From: Cercozoa sp. M6MM
Taxonomy: Eukaryota; Protista; Endomyxa: Ascetosporea
Assembly (NCBI GenBank): GCA_040357565.1
Contig: JBDODJ010000104.1
Reading direction: 5' to 3' (one strand)
Length of the DNA stretch: 39,404 bases
Shown here: piece by piece, positions 22,610 to 35,604 of the stretch
How the letters are laid out: every line of letters begins with the position of its first letter
Numbering within the stretch: the stretch's first letter is position 1
Notes under the pieces: generated by a model
Told to the model about the DNA's origin: nothing
Database searches by the model: none
Seen by the model: the letters and a program-made list of their open reading frames with translations, nothing else
Position numbers and translations under genes: made by a program

Positions 22610-24894
22610 CTAGATTTCTTCGGCATTGGCTGCGTCCAGCATGTGCCGATGCATGACGTACTCGGGGTCGTCGCCTTCCTCCTCATCGGCTTCCTCTTCG
22701 ACATCCGAGTCATCCTCGTCATCGCCTTCGATGGAGTTCAGGTTGAGAGCGTCCTCGTCGTCGACATTGTCAGGTGACCCGGATTCCTCAATCTGCTCGT
22801 CATCGTCAGTGTAGAGACGCGCCGATCGGCGCTGTGTCACCACATCGGACATAGTGTAAATAAGCAGAAAAGGTCGTTTGACTAGAGGGTACAGTTTGGC
22901 GCTGCGACTTGCGCGAAGGAAGCTGCGGCAGCGACGTCGGCATGATTTTGTCGAGATCGACAGCAGCGTGCAGTTGCATTGGATTCGGCGTCATTGGAGG
23001 CGACTGAAAAGAGACATAAACATAACAGCTTCAGTTCGGCGCCAACAGTGACTGTACCGAAACCCGACGCACGGCTTCTTCCATTTGCGCGCGTTTCGCG
23101 ATCCACTGTTCGTAGAAGTCGCTGTTCAAAAAGACAGCCACACGTGATGGCAAAACAACTGGTAGGCGAAAAGAGAGTGATGTACAGGTCGAGGTAGTAG
23201 TAGTGACGCGTGCCACTCTTCTCGGCACGCACAAAGAATCCCTGTTGCGTCAGACGTGCTGGGAACTGATGTCAAACATTCAATATCTCACATGTCAACA
23301 AGAGAGCACCGAAGGTACCTTGTTGAACTGCTTGCGTGTCTCGGCGAGTTTATCGCCCATGGAGTTCACCATCATCTCGTACATGTCACTGTTGACGAGT
23401 GCCGACTCAGGCGACGTGTTGCCGTTGAGTTTCATGAGGCGACACAGCGTGAGCGACATGGCCGACGGCTGGATCATGAGCACATCGCGCGTGCGACGAC
23501 GCTTCGCCGACGGCATACGCGAGCGCGAGGAACTGCCGCCGCTGGACGAAGAGAATTCGCGCTTGCGTTGCAGTGTTTCAAGTCGTTGTTGCTGTTGCTG
23601 TTGCTGCTGCTGTTGATGTTGTTGCTGCTGTTGCTGCTGAGCAGCTGCCACTTCGTACATCTTGCACGGTGGCAGTGACTGTACCCGTGCATGCAAGTGC
23701 CGATGCGCACTCTCCTGGACGAAAATCAAGCGAAAATCAACAAGATATGAAAGATCAACTGAAACTAACCTCGTTGTAGTTGACACGAGCGCGTTTGCGA
23801 CCCGAGCGACGACAGCCTTCGAAAAGTTGCGTTGCCTCGATCTGCTGCTGCTGCGTGTTGTGTAGATGCTGCAACAGACGCTGCTGTAGCTGCACGCGCT
23901 GTGCGTGCACTCGACGCTGTAGTTCTTTCGGTGCTAGGTCGCCTAAACATACATACCCGCCGTATTCTTGGACTGTTAAAAAAAAAACACGTAGATCTGG
24001 AAGTACTCGGGTGGCCAGCACGAAAGGCAGTGTCCAGTGAGGAAGCTTCAAGCATCTCGCAGTCTGGCAGTTTGCCACCGCGCAACGAAGCTTCGCGCAG
24101 AAAGCTTTCGAGACGTGAGAGCTGATGTCGCATCTGCAGCATCTGGAGTGCATTGCGCGACTCTTGCTCGACCATTCGACGCTCAAGTTGCTCGACAACC
24201 TTCTGCTGCTGTTGCACCTGCGTGGAACAGCGCTCTAGTTTCAACTCCGGCTTGCTCGACGCCGAGCCCGAAGCACGCAACTTTGCGTTCTCCGACTCGA
24301 GCTGCTTGATGCGTTCCAGCAGTGCTGCATCAGTGAAGATTTGATCTCAGCATATTCAACGTCAGCAGTAAAGTAGTTGTACTGTACCGTGCGTGTTGGA
24401 TTTCTTTTCGGTGTCAAGTGCAGGGCTTTTGGTGTTTTCGCGCGAGCGAGTCGCCGTTTCGCCGCCGCTGTTGATCGAAGTCGCCTTGCTGTCGCGACTG
24501 GTGCTCGAGCCGATTGAAGTCGACTTGCCGCTCGGAGGAGCGCTTTCGGTGTGCTTTTGCTGTTTCATGCGTTGCTGTGCGAGTTGCTGCAGGTGCGCCG
24601 CTCGCAGAAGCTGCGCATTTGCTTTCGGCTGCGGTGCCAGCGCAGCTTGGCCGGAGCGTTTCACCTGCGCAACAAACCATGGTCCAGTTTGATTGAACCC
24701 ATGAAATCGAAAACACTTCACAGAACAGAACGCACCTTGCTCAGAAGTCCGCCTTTGCTTTTGCAAGTGGTACCTGTACCAGGCGCATTCTTCATGGCAG
24801 TAGGCAGCACCATTGGAATTGACTTGGACAGGGCAGTCGGAGGCTGCGAAATTGTGCCACGAACCACGGGCAGTCCTGTGTTGTCGGCTGACAT
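22610..24894 (-). CDS. Gln-rich coiled-coil protein with an acidic tail (probably nuclear, function unknown)
   Basis: Start MSADNTGLPVV...; coiled-coil exon (KVVEQLERRMVEQESRNALQML), polyQ tract (23585-23640), NLS-like AKRRRTR, D/E-rich final exon ending NAEEI*. Confidence 0.65.
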
Positions 24895-25014
24895 ATCTCA
24901 AGTTCGTTAGTTCTTGCGTGCCCTACCGCTGCTGCGAAGTACTTCTGCGCAGAAACGCGACTCGTAAGCACGAGAAACGCGAAATTCGGAATGAACTTTT
25001 TTAGTCAGTTCAGC

Positions 25015-25338
25015 TCCCCAGTTCCAACCCTCGGAAACTGCTCTTTCGCGGCTAGCGTTGCAAACGCAAGTTTTCTGCGACTGCAAGCAGCAGTGAAGCA
25101 ACTTCAGACACGGAATTAGCCCTAGGCAAGGGCGTTGCCGTTTCCAGGCGGAACGAAAAATTCAAAAACCCACCCTTCGCGTGGGGAGCTTGAACGAAGA
25201 CAAAGCAACGCGTCTTTCGGATTTGCGTTGTGCTTGTGACACAGCCTGCTAGTGCAAACGTGCCGCCGATGAGCGTAGACGCAAAAATCCTTTCAAGGCA
25301 AGAATAGGCGCGTCCTCGCGGATTGGTTCGGCTGGGGA
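25015..25338 (-). ncRNA. Candidate structured RNA of unknown family
   Basis: The ends pair (TCCCCAGTT at 25015 with GGCTGGGGA ending at 25338). About nine internal hairpins. Several loops read as GNRA on the minus strand (tcc-GCGA-gga, ctg-GAAA-cgg, c-GAAA-g). Confidence 0.4.
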
Positions 25339-26185
25339 AAATACGAAAAAGTCGGATTTCTGACAATTCTAGGAAGTCCGCAGCTGGTTCCGCTGCTCAA
25401 CTGCATACAAAGTCTTTAATACAATCTCTGTAATTATTCTTATTTGACGTCTCAGCCAGGGCCAGAGGTACCGCCTTGCTTGGTACCCGTCACGAGATTG
25501 GGAACAATCGACGGTTGCGGCCCGCTTGTGGGGCGATCATAGATGATGCCGCCTGCAACCATAAAGACAACGCAATTTGGGTGATTGCGCAGGAACCGAG
25601 CGTGTGCTCAACTGTACGCAGCGCAGGAGCTCGCTGAAGGTACACGCTGGAGACCTACAGTGCAAGGTACGGTTTTCTCTGACCCGTCACAGGTTGGTCG
25701 CCATTGCTTCAACCCGCCGTTCTGGCTTTTGCTTCTGGGTTGGCTCCAACAGCAACAACCTGACATTGGTTGCGATGTTTGTTGTGTTACATTCTGGCGA
25801 TCCTATGCGGGTACGGCTGGTCGGACGACCGCCCCCGATTGGGGCATTTTTGCGTTTTGCCAGTTTTGATTGATTGATCGATGCGCTGTTTTGACAGGCG
25901 ATGCTGTAGCTTGTCCTTTCTGCAACCAAGCATATCGCGCGCGTTTCTGTGTTTAGATTGCAGTAGAGAGCTGTGTGTGAAACAGAAGTGAAGAACAACT
26001 GGCAGGCTGACACCGTCATCTTTTGCTTTCGTTTTGCTTTGCTGCGAGTGCTTCGCGCGTGGTTAGTGTTTTTTTCGGAGTGTGCGCAAGCGCAGCACCG
26101 TCTCTGTGTGCGAGTGAAACCGTGTGTCGCTTTTGGTCGACAGAGATACGCGCGCATACAGTCGTTTTGAGAATCGCGAGGTCTC

Positions 26186-28555
26186 ATGCAGGACGAGGAG
26201 CCTGCCGCGCTGTGTCGGCAACTGCTGCAGCTGTATCCCCTTTACCTTTAACCTTTAGTATTAAGCCTTACCCTTCCGGTATCTTATGCAGGGTGGAGCG
26301 CATGCTGGCTGCCGACGAAGCGGCGCGTGCCTTGTTCTCGCCGAACGCGGCGCAGCATGGCGTCGATCGTGAGCTGTGGCGCGCCGAAGGCGAGCTGCGT
26401 GGACGCTGCGTGCAGTACCTACGCGAGAGGGTACTTTGCTCTGGCAGCTGTACTGGGCGGGGTAACAGGGCCCAGAGAGAGAGGGTAAAGCACGGTGTGA
26501 GCAGGTGAGCAGGCCACTGAGCGAGGCGTTGCATGAGTGGGAGACACGTGCGCGCACTGCTTCCGAGTCCGAACGACAGACGATGCGCGCGCGACTGCAG
26601 AAGTCGCGACGACAGGCGCAGCACGCACTCGCGGCACGCCAGCGCAGTGTGGAACAGTGCGTGCGCGACCCGACTCTCCAGCGGCCAGATGTGCGGCCTG
26701 TGGAGGTTTACCCTCCCCCATCCCTTCTTTTACCCCCATGTACCCCCCCCCCCCAGGCGCGAGTGGTAGAGATGCCAGCCTACGCAAGCGGCGTGGTGCC
26801 GACGCTGGCGAGTGTGCTGTCAGCGCCGTTGCTGTCGCGGTCGGTGTCGACACCGTCGTCCGCGCGGACGCTGGTGCCCGGTGTGACTGTACCCAGGGTG
26901 ACTGTACCCGGGGTGACTGTACCCGGGGTGACTGTACCCAGGGCAACTTTGCCTAGGGTTCACAGGATGACAGCACCGAGGATGACGGTACCAGTGACAC
27001 CGTCGAGATCGACAGGAAAAGCAGGTGGCACTGCCACTGGTGCAGCGACGGTTTCTATTGATCTGGACTCGATGGAACTGGAGACGCGTCTGCACCGCAT
27101 TCGCTCCATCGTGCGACTGGCCGCCAAGTGGCGCCACCGACTGCAGCGGCACACCGAGGTCAGCTTTACCCCCCCCCCCCGCTCTAGCCCCTCTTCCCCC
27201 TAGCCAGCCCACACCTTCTTACCCCCTCCCGTAGGCACACAAAGGCCACCTAATCGACCTGCCGGCCATGTGGTATCCTGTGCTACCGAGTAGTTAGTAG
27301 TACCTGTCAAACAAGCGTGTTGACTGGGGGACAGCGAGGAGACCAAGCTGGCGCTGCAAGTGATGAGCACGCGCAGTCGCGTGCCGCCGCCGCCGCGCTT
27401 TCGCTACGCCATGTGTGTTTACCCCCCCCCCCCCATTACCCCCTTGAGCCCGTTGAGCCCACATTTCTGTATACCCCATTCTACCCTTGCCCAGGCGCGG
27501 GCCGAACGAGAAACGCACCGAAAGCGACAAGGCTGGCGACGACGACGACAGCGAAAAAGAGACGCGCAAACGCAGCGCCGACATTTCTGCGCTGCAGTTT
27601 TTCGGCTACTACGTGCCTGACTCGTATTACCCCCCTTTTTACCCCCCCCCCCCCTACCCCCCCCCCACACCTTGTACCCTCCCCGCGTAGCTACAAAGAT
27701 CTCGAACCAAACCCCGCGTGGAGGTACTTCAACCCACCTTACCCCCCTTACCCTCTCCCCCCCCCCCCCCCCCAGGCGAATTAGAATATGGTACGACAAT
27801 AACGGCAAAGTGTTCTACGACTGCGAGTACGTTTGTTTGTATTTTCGGGCGTTTCTCTCAGACACGGTTGTTGGTGTTGTTCGTGGACAGGTGTGGTCGA
27901 CGCAAGCCGGTGCACGACATGCGCAAAATCAAGATTCACTCGGCCGATGTGCCGCACACTGTAGTGCTGTGTTTTACCACCTTTACCCCCTACTACTCCC
28001 TATACCCCCCTGTGTGCACAGGTGATACCGCAGAAGACAGCGCGTGCAGAGGAGCGGCCGGCGCTGCCGGAGGCCAAGAGGCGGCGCGTGCAGACACCAC
28101 GATCGGGATCAGTGACACCGTCGGCAGCACCGTCAGTGGTACCATCGGTGGTTCCATCGGTAGTACCCTCAGTGGTACCCTCAGTGGTATCAGCAGTGAC
28201 ACCGTCACTGGGATCACTGGTGCAGCAGCTGTGGTCGCTACAGCCGATGAGTTACCTGCTGGCACTCAACAATCACATGCGACGAGCTGCCTCCAGTCAG
28301 AGTCACGGTGTGCCACGTGCCAATGTGACCACTGCTACACTCGGCTCGCTGACTGCCGCCACACTGGCGCAGCTCGGCCTGCCGCCCGTGCGATCGGTGG
28401 CATCACCTCGCTCGCCGCTGTCGCCGCTGCTGTCGGTACTGACCCCCTCCCACCCCATCTATCCCTTCTACCCCCACCTTCAGCAACAAAGCAGACCTGA
28501 CGATAGCGACGACAGCAGTAGCTCGAGCGATCACGACTCGCACGTGTCTACTTGA
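26186..28555 (+). CDS. Putative zinc-finger regulatory protein with low-complexity repeats
   Basis: Exons join in frame from MQDEEPAAL... to ...DHDSHVST*. Contains RIRIWYDNNGKVFYDCECGRRKPVHDMRKIKIHSADVPH (CxC...H...H) and the NLS-like AKRRR. The start is uncertain; 25500-26180 is unresolved. Confidence 0.6.
26883..26942 (+). repeat. 15-bp coding tandem repeat x4 (VTVP[RG])
   Basis: GTGACTGTACCC(A/G)GG x4. Confidence 0.95.
28130..28189 (+). repeat. 12-bp coding tandem repeat x5 (PSVV)
   Basis: CCNTCRGTRGTW x5. Confidence 0.9.
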
Positions 28556-28973
28556 CTCCACGCACACGAAAGGCATCATGATCATCACTTGACCTTTGCT
28601 TCCGTTTCTTTTGCGTCGAATACACCATATGACATGACGTTCGGTCAGAACACTGGCGTACGTATATGCTTGATGGATGCATATCGATTACTGTACGTCG
28701 CGTATTGTATGTAAATTTACGGTAGTTTGCTGATAGTTAGTTAGTTGAGTCTTCTAGGAAACCAACTATGTAGTTCCCCTGCACCAGTCTGGGGTGGGTT
28801 TAGTTTGCTGATAAAAGCTCAACTCGAACTAACTTTGTTAATAAAGACTCAGCTCGTCCTGCCTGTAACTCGCCTTAGCGGGTGGTTAGTTTGTTAGTTC
28901 AGTCTTCTAAGAACGTTGAAGCTTGGCGACACGAAGCCTTCAAACGTGCGCCATTGGGGTGCGAGGTAGTTCA

Positions 28974-31948
28974 CTATACGTTCACGCAGACTCCCTTGGC
29001 GTCAACGTTCGCCCTGCAGCAGTCTCGTCTTAGTCTTGGTTGGCGTCCAGCGACCCTCCACGTCGAAGTCTCGGGCGTCACACAGTGGCAGACTGACGTC
29101 GACAGCGACGATCGATACGTCATGGTTGCTACAGGATAGTCGGCGTCCAAGCGCCGACGTAGCACACCTTTGGCCGGGCGGCGACGGCGGCGGACGACTC
29201 TTGCGTCCAGCGAAGTGAGTGGTACAGTCTGACAGGCCAGTCTACTCTGGTGCGGTCGAGAGGATGGGAGCCAGGGTGATGCGGATAAATTTATACGATA
29301 AATTTGATTAATTTCGCGAGTGTTTCTTAAATTTACATTGGCAAACTTGTTCGACAGTTAATACAGGTACAATAGTCTGGCAGTATTCTGCCAAAGCCAC
29401 TGCGGTATCGATGCAGAGGCCGGGCGAAGGAGTGACTCTCGACTCGGAGTGAGGAGTGCGCTCATTTCGCATCACTCCTCGCTGCCGTGCACCCACGAGT
29501 AAACCACCGAGAATGACGAGCCGATCACGCACAGACATCCAAACAGTGCCACCGTCAACAAACCCAGCTTCACTACAGGTGCCCACGATACACAGCAACA
29601 CAATAAGCCGTATTGACGATACAACTCGTCAGTGTGTACCAGGGCGGGTCAACACGTGTTGGGGAACCACGCGGTACATCTGAACCACGTGCGTAACATC
29701 AGGGAAACTTGCTCAGTTGATAGACACGTGCGTGTAGTACAATCAAAGGCGGCAGGATGTAGGTCATGATGTTGCCAGGAAGTGCTCCAGCTATCTCGAA
29801 CGGTGTGTTTACCGACTTGCACAGTGACGCGATTGCAATCACCTACAGAACCGTCACATCGTAAACATATCCCAAAGAATAAGGTAGGCCATACTACTCA
29901 ACTGTACCCACAACAGACAAGCAGTCGATGCTCCGTAAAACCACTTACTGGGCACACTGCAAACACAATTGCGCACATTCACTTTGACTGGCAGCCAGTC
30001 AAATAAATAAACGCACAGTGAGAGGTTTGAGCAGTTCGACAGCGCCGTATCTTTTTTCATCACCTCCAAGAGAGCACTCATGAAAGCCAAGGAGAGACTT
30101 CTGAATCCGATGAACAAAAGCGGGATCTCGGCTGCCATCGCGCATATGATGGCGAAACGCGCGATCTACGAAAGCCCAGTTCTGTGTGATACCCGGGGGG
30201 GGGGGGGGCGGTCGGTCTAATAAAAAGAACCAACCGTGCCGGGTGCTCCTCCAAATTCGGTGTTGCTCAGTACGCTGCTTTTGGGTGCCTACATAGTTGT
30301 ACTAAAAAACACAAAGTGGATTGAATAGATCCTAATTTACCTCTCCCAGCATGCGGTACGAGAAGAAGAAGAACATTGCGTTCAGCAGAGCGATAACGAC
30401 AAAGGCAATCACCGACAGCTTGGCGAAGCGACGCGTTCGCTTCTTTGCCTCTTTGTTCACTTGAGTTTCTTCTACTTCCTGTTTCAATAAATTTAATATA
30501 GATGGGGGGCGGATGGAGATACAACAACAACAACAACAACAAAAACGCAAGTGTCTACCGAGAGTTCGACTTTCATCTCTCCGCACATCTGCGGCGCGTT
30601 GAAGTGCGACATGTAGGCAATCGACACAAGTGCCACCAGCGACATCGTAGCCACCGGACTGTGCAATTTAAACAACCCATTCTGCAACTAAGTTTACTAT
30701 GAAAACATCCGACAAATGGTGTTACTCAAAGTCGGCCCAGTTGCGACCCTTGCCACCATCGAACTCGTGCTCAGGCACAGCTTTAGCAATGCCCAGATAC
30801 ACGGTAGCCAGCACCATGACCGAGATCGCAGTTACTCCAATCTATAGTATCACAGTCATTCCAACTCGTATATGATTAAAAAGGGTACCGCTGATCCATG
30901 TCGCAGCGCGTTAATCGTTCGTTGCAGGAACAGAGGCAGCAGTAATAGTGCCCAGATCAGGTGCAGCATCCACAAACGACCGTAAGAAGTCTCTCCCGTG
31001 TCTGGATCAGTGTCCTGTTGAAGAAAGACACCACATTGGACAGATACACAAGGGCACCGACCGGTAAGAAAGCCCGTAGTGTACCAAAGGAATTAACACG
31101 GTGTCTTCCAACGAAGGCCAACGGAGACGCAGGAGATCCGCCGTTGTACTGCTTAGCACCATACTACGCAAGCCAGACAATGAACACAACGAGTACACTT
31201 CCAAAGAGAGGCCAACTCACAAGCAGCCAGGCGCAGCAACAGCGAGCAGTCCCATCACACACAAGACGACAACAACGGCAGCTTTGTCGCCAAACGCCAG
31301 GCGCGTGAGTTCGCCTGTCGATAACCAAACGTAAGCTGTACTTGTTTACCACTGGACAAAAAGTACTCGCTGTTACCGTAGGAAAACCGGCGTGTGTAGG
31401 ACGAAGCGGCACCCAGCATTGCGTGTGCTGAAAACAAACCATAAACTTAAATAGATTTTAAATTTTAAATATCGTCTCAAATGAAGAAAAAAAGATAGAT
31501 ACAAGCAGAGGCCATGAAAAAGGTGAATCCGACGAGCGCGAAAGTGACAGCAGCACTCGCGTTGTGTCCGAGCAACGGCATAACAACGAGGCCCGCACCG
31601 ACGGCATTTTTGATGATGCTCACGAAAGTGGCGATCGCGCCTGCACGTGCGATCCCCTTCTGAATGATATCTCTACACCAAGGGAATGCAAGAAGAGAGG
31701 AAGTTCCCTCATTCATCTCCGAAAGGCACTCATCATTATAAAATATACCCAGCCTCGACGTCATCTGACACGGTTGTCGTTGCCGTGTCCTCGTCAGTGA
31801 TGTGAGTCTACCACAGCAAGCAACAGAGCACGTAAAGAAGTCAGCACGCGCGTAAAGACGGTCGTTTTATAGCCAAAGATACGCTCGTGTATAATTCTAA
31901 CACGCTGCCCCCGGCGCGCCGCGAACGGGCTTCATTGTTTGACGTCAT
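28974..31948 (-). CDS. Amino-acid transporter (AAAP/SLC38-like Aa_trans family)
   Basis: ATFVSIIKNAVGAGLVVMP (TM1 motif), VSIAYMSHFNAPQM (TM6 motif), EIPLLFIGFR and several further TM exons. The C-terminus ends either at 29308 (unspliced) or at 28974 (via a GTACCT donor near 29369). Confidence 0.82.
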
Positions 31949-32487
31949 AATATGCTGCTGTCCTGTATGACTTTCAAGCTGTCTAATCCACGCGCGACGA
32001 CGGAAGCCGCCAAAAGAAACCGCGTCATCATCGGGCGGTGCGAATTTCGGACTCTGCGACACACGTGCTTGCCCGAAACGGACGTGCTGATCAAAGTGAT
32101 CGCGTTCGGAGAATCACGAATCTCGGACTGCGCGACAACCGGCATCATCCGAGGGTTGTTCTTGCGAAAACTACGCGGGAATTGACTCTTATCGACCCGT
32201 GGGTCGGTCACGTATACGTGTCAACCTGAGAAGCGTTTTTCTAAGGTCATTCATTGGCAGAGCTGATTCAATTTCAATTTGGCGGTCACGGGCCGGGTTC
32301 TTCAACGCGGACACATTCATTCACCAGCGCTACGTCCACGGCGCGATACACCGCATATCCGTCACGGTAAGTCGGTAGTATCTGACCTAATGTAACTGAC
32401 CGGACGTGCCATGAACGCACTGTAACGCGCTACTGTAAGTTAAAAATTAAATAGTAAGAAGCACGGCACGAACTGAATGAAACGCGA

Positions 32488-35400
32488 CTAATCACAGCTG
32501 GGCGGTGTGCTGCAGGTGCTGCTGCAGGCACTACCGGTGGCACTACTGCTCTTGCTGTGCGGCGTGCGTTTCCTGTGGCGTGTGCGGCGTCTACTCGGCG
32601 TTTTCTGGTGCCGCTCGAGAGCAGCAGCCACCTGTGCATAGATTCGTTCCGATAAATGTCGGTGAAGACACATCGCATAAGCCTAGTGTACCAGATCAGC
32701 CATGTCAGTGTCGTGATCCTCATCGGGAAGTGGCGGGAACTGCGGCATGTTGGTCGGCGTATTAGTCGGCATGTTAGTCGACGTCTCTGCCGACACATCT
32801 TTCGGCGGACCATTCCTCTCGACCAAACAAGAGTGTTCGACAGGTCGGTCAAAGTCAGGCAACGCAGGCGACAAGGACTTGTTGAGTTGCTGCACGTGTG
32901 CGTGCACCTCGTCGCTCAACATGCGACAGCCGCGAACGTCGATTTTCTGCAGCGTCCTTGACTCCAGCAGTGCTTGTACCGCCTGAAGCAGGGAAGATGG
33001 GGGGGGGGGGGGGTAGAGTGGAAGAAGTGGAAGTGCGCTACCTCGTTACTCAAGATTCGATTGAAAGCAACACTCACGTGTCGCAACTGACCCTGCAAAA
33101 AAGTGGTTTTAATACGCATATATATATATATATATAATCACATACATAAGTGTAACATACAAACACAGATGTAACATACCTACGTATGTGACATACATAC
33201 ATATACATAACATACATACACATGCCTATAAAACATAAATATTAAAAGTGTACATTGCGAACGAGGTGTCGGAAAGATGGCACAACTAGTGCGCGGCAGT
33301 TTTCGACCTGTTTACAAATCTCTTGCTTTACCCCCCTACCCCTTCAAAGAAGTTAATGTTACGTTGAGAAACTCGAGTTTGCAATTCGTCAGAGAAATCG
33401 AGCGCAAGTTTCGGCATTGTGAAACATCCAGATGCGTCAAATTAGGCGTCTAGTTCAAGCAACATGCTACCTCATCTGACCCTCTAATCCACTCAAGCAG
33501 AACTAGAAATACACAGAGTTCGAGTTGACGCAGATTCGTGTTGTTGCGTAGTCGCAGTCGCTGCATTGTCGGCGACTCCACGCGGAGGAACTCGAGTGAC
33601 TGACAGGCGTCCATGCGCAATTCGCGCAAGCACTCGCTCCGCTCCGTCTGCAGTGTCCACCTGCCGAAACCTGTTCGGAGGGAGGTGTACAGTGGGTATG
33701 GGGGAGGGAGCCTAAAGTTACCCTTGCACCCAGTAAGGTCCAGGCAGTGCAACGAGCCGAAACCGACGCGTTGGAACAAATCGGCACGCACCACACGCGA
33801 CGGTGTCTGGTAAAAGGGGTGGGGATGGGGGGGGGGGGGGATAAAAATGTAAAGGGGTAAGAGGTAAACTACCGAACGCAACACGAGTTCGCGCAGGTGC
33901 GGAAAACGACGAATCGCGGCGGACACCGCACTGGCGTCCATGTACATGCACCTAAGGGGGGGGGGGGTAAATTGTGTATGTATGTATGTGTGTGTATGTG
34001 TGTGTATGTGTGTGTGTGTAGGGTGGGGGTGACAACACACTTGGACAACTCAAGTCGCTGCAGACTCATATGTCGGACAGCCGGTGATTGCGCTGCCTGC
34101 GGGGGGGGGGGGGTAAGGGGAAGGGAGCGGTAAGGGGAGGGAGGTAAGGGGAGGGAGGTAAGGGGAAGGAAGGGGTAAGGGGAGGGAGGGGTAAGGGAAG
34201 GGAGGGGGTAAGGGGACGGGAGGGGTAAAGAGTAAAGGTATATGGGTAGGGGGCGATGGGAAAAAGAGCAGGGTAAGGAAACCCTGCGAATGCCGGCGCC
34301 AGTGATATCGGTGCCAGACAGAGTGAGCGACGTGAGCCAAGGGGCCGCCACGAGGAGGCCGAAAACCTCGTCGTCAGTGATGGCACATCCGGCGAGATCC
34401 AATGTGCGCAGTGTCGTCGCCAGCACGCCCGGCAGTCGCGCGAAACTTTCGAAACGCTCACTTCGCACTGTCAGACTCTCCAGCTACACACACTCCCTTA
34501 ACTAACAATACCAACTCCCTTAATAATTAGTCTCAAACCCTTAATAATAGACTCAAAGCCCTGTAAGAAAAGTCTTCAGACCCCCCCTTAATAAATAGCT
34601 GATATGTACCGACGGGAAGCAAGCCACCATGCGCAGTAGCGCCTCGTCTGACACATCGGCCAGACGCCGGTGCACACGTAACACACGCGTGCTACCAAAG
34701 TCCTCGCGAGCGCGACGACACGTGAGTCGACTCACTTGTGCCACTGGAGTCAGTGTTGCACTATCCAAACCAACACAGGAAACACGAAAAGTGCAAGCTA
34801 CACTTGGCCTTGTCGGCATAGTTCAGCTGCATCAGAATGCGCCACTACAAGATTCAAAGGTCCAAGGGTGTGTTTGACGAGAGAACAACTCAAACGCACA
34901 TAAAGAGGATCAGGAAGCGACGATAAACGATCAGTCGGCAGTTCTAACTCACATGCAAAGTGAAACAGCCCCATTTTAGCTTTGGCTACAGTGTGTACCA
35001 GGTGTACGAGGAGCTTCGCTGCGTGCAGGCGCGAAATACTCGAGCACACGATCCGCATCCTGTCCCATTGCAATCCAGACCTCATGCAACAGCAGACTGT
35101 CGACATGAGGCAGCGCAGCTCGCAAACTCTCCAACTGAGCAGTTTTATTGTTTTCTCATTGAATTGAAACGATCAAACAAGTTTGTTTGCAAACTGAAAG
35201 TACCGAAATCGCCGCTAAACGCTCTGCGTGCACGTCCAATACGGACGTTTGCGTTCCTGGTGTCTCTCTGCTGCCGCCGTCCAACAAGAGACTGCAATCG
35301 ATCAGAAATGACCAATCGAATAATTTGATTAAATTTAGATCGAAAACTGTAGGAAGACAAGTTTGTTTGTGCAAGCTTGTTTGCTGTAAATTTACCTCGT

Positions 35401-35604
35401 CATATTCGACGGACTTGAAGACAAAGGTGTCAGCGAAGGCGAACGAGAAGCCGTTCGCCTCCTGCGACGAGGCGACATTCGCTGCCTCTGCCTTGAGCTA
35501 TTCAATGACGTAAAGTATCCAAGTTTCAACCTTATGCGACCTCAGCACACTGTGTACCTTTGTTGCCCATAGTAGCTTTCGCCGATCGGTATACGATCCG
35601 ACAT
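32488..35604 (-). CDS. CUE-like domain + F-box + leucine-rich repeat protein
   Basis: Spliced LESLRAALPHVDSLLLHEVWIAMGQDADRVLEYF (CUE-like); DRLSSLPDPLYWRILMQL...AQVSR (F-box); LRTLDLAGCAITD, LTSLTLSGTDIT, LQRLELSKC, LTHLDVSQCRNL and LQKIDVRGCRMLSD (cysteine-containing LRRs). Confidence 0.85.
34101..34240. repeat. Intronic G-rich minisatellite (about 15-17-bp unit, about 8 copies)
   Basis: Poly-G followed by GGTAAGGGGAGGGAG(G) variants. Confidence 0.9.
34494..34598. repeat. Intronic degenerate direct repeats (CCCTTAAT/CCCTTAAC units)
   Basis: CCCTTAACTAAC, CCCTTAATAATTAGTCTCAAA, CCCTTAATAATAGACTCAAA, CCCTTAATAAATAG. Confidence 0.75.

Noticed and set aside
25266-25300. Hammerhead-like CCGATGA-stem-AAAA
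   Set aside because: Two core positions deviate from CUGANGA/GAAA and there is no NUH cleavage triplet closing stem III.
26883-28189. Short repeat arrays as CRISPR
   Set aside because: They are head-to-tail coding repeats with no spacers, in a eukaryotic gene.
28882-29139. Plus-strand 85-aa ORF
   Set aside because: No ATG start, and it overlaps the alternative terminal exon of the minus-strand transporter; unresolved.
32375-32384. GTAGTATCTG resembling the U2 snRNA branch-recognition region
   Set aside because: The flanks lack U2 stem I (GCUAAGAUCAA), stem IIa and an Sm site.
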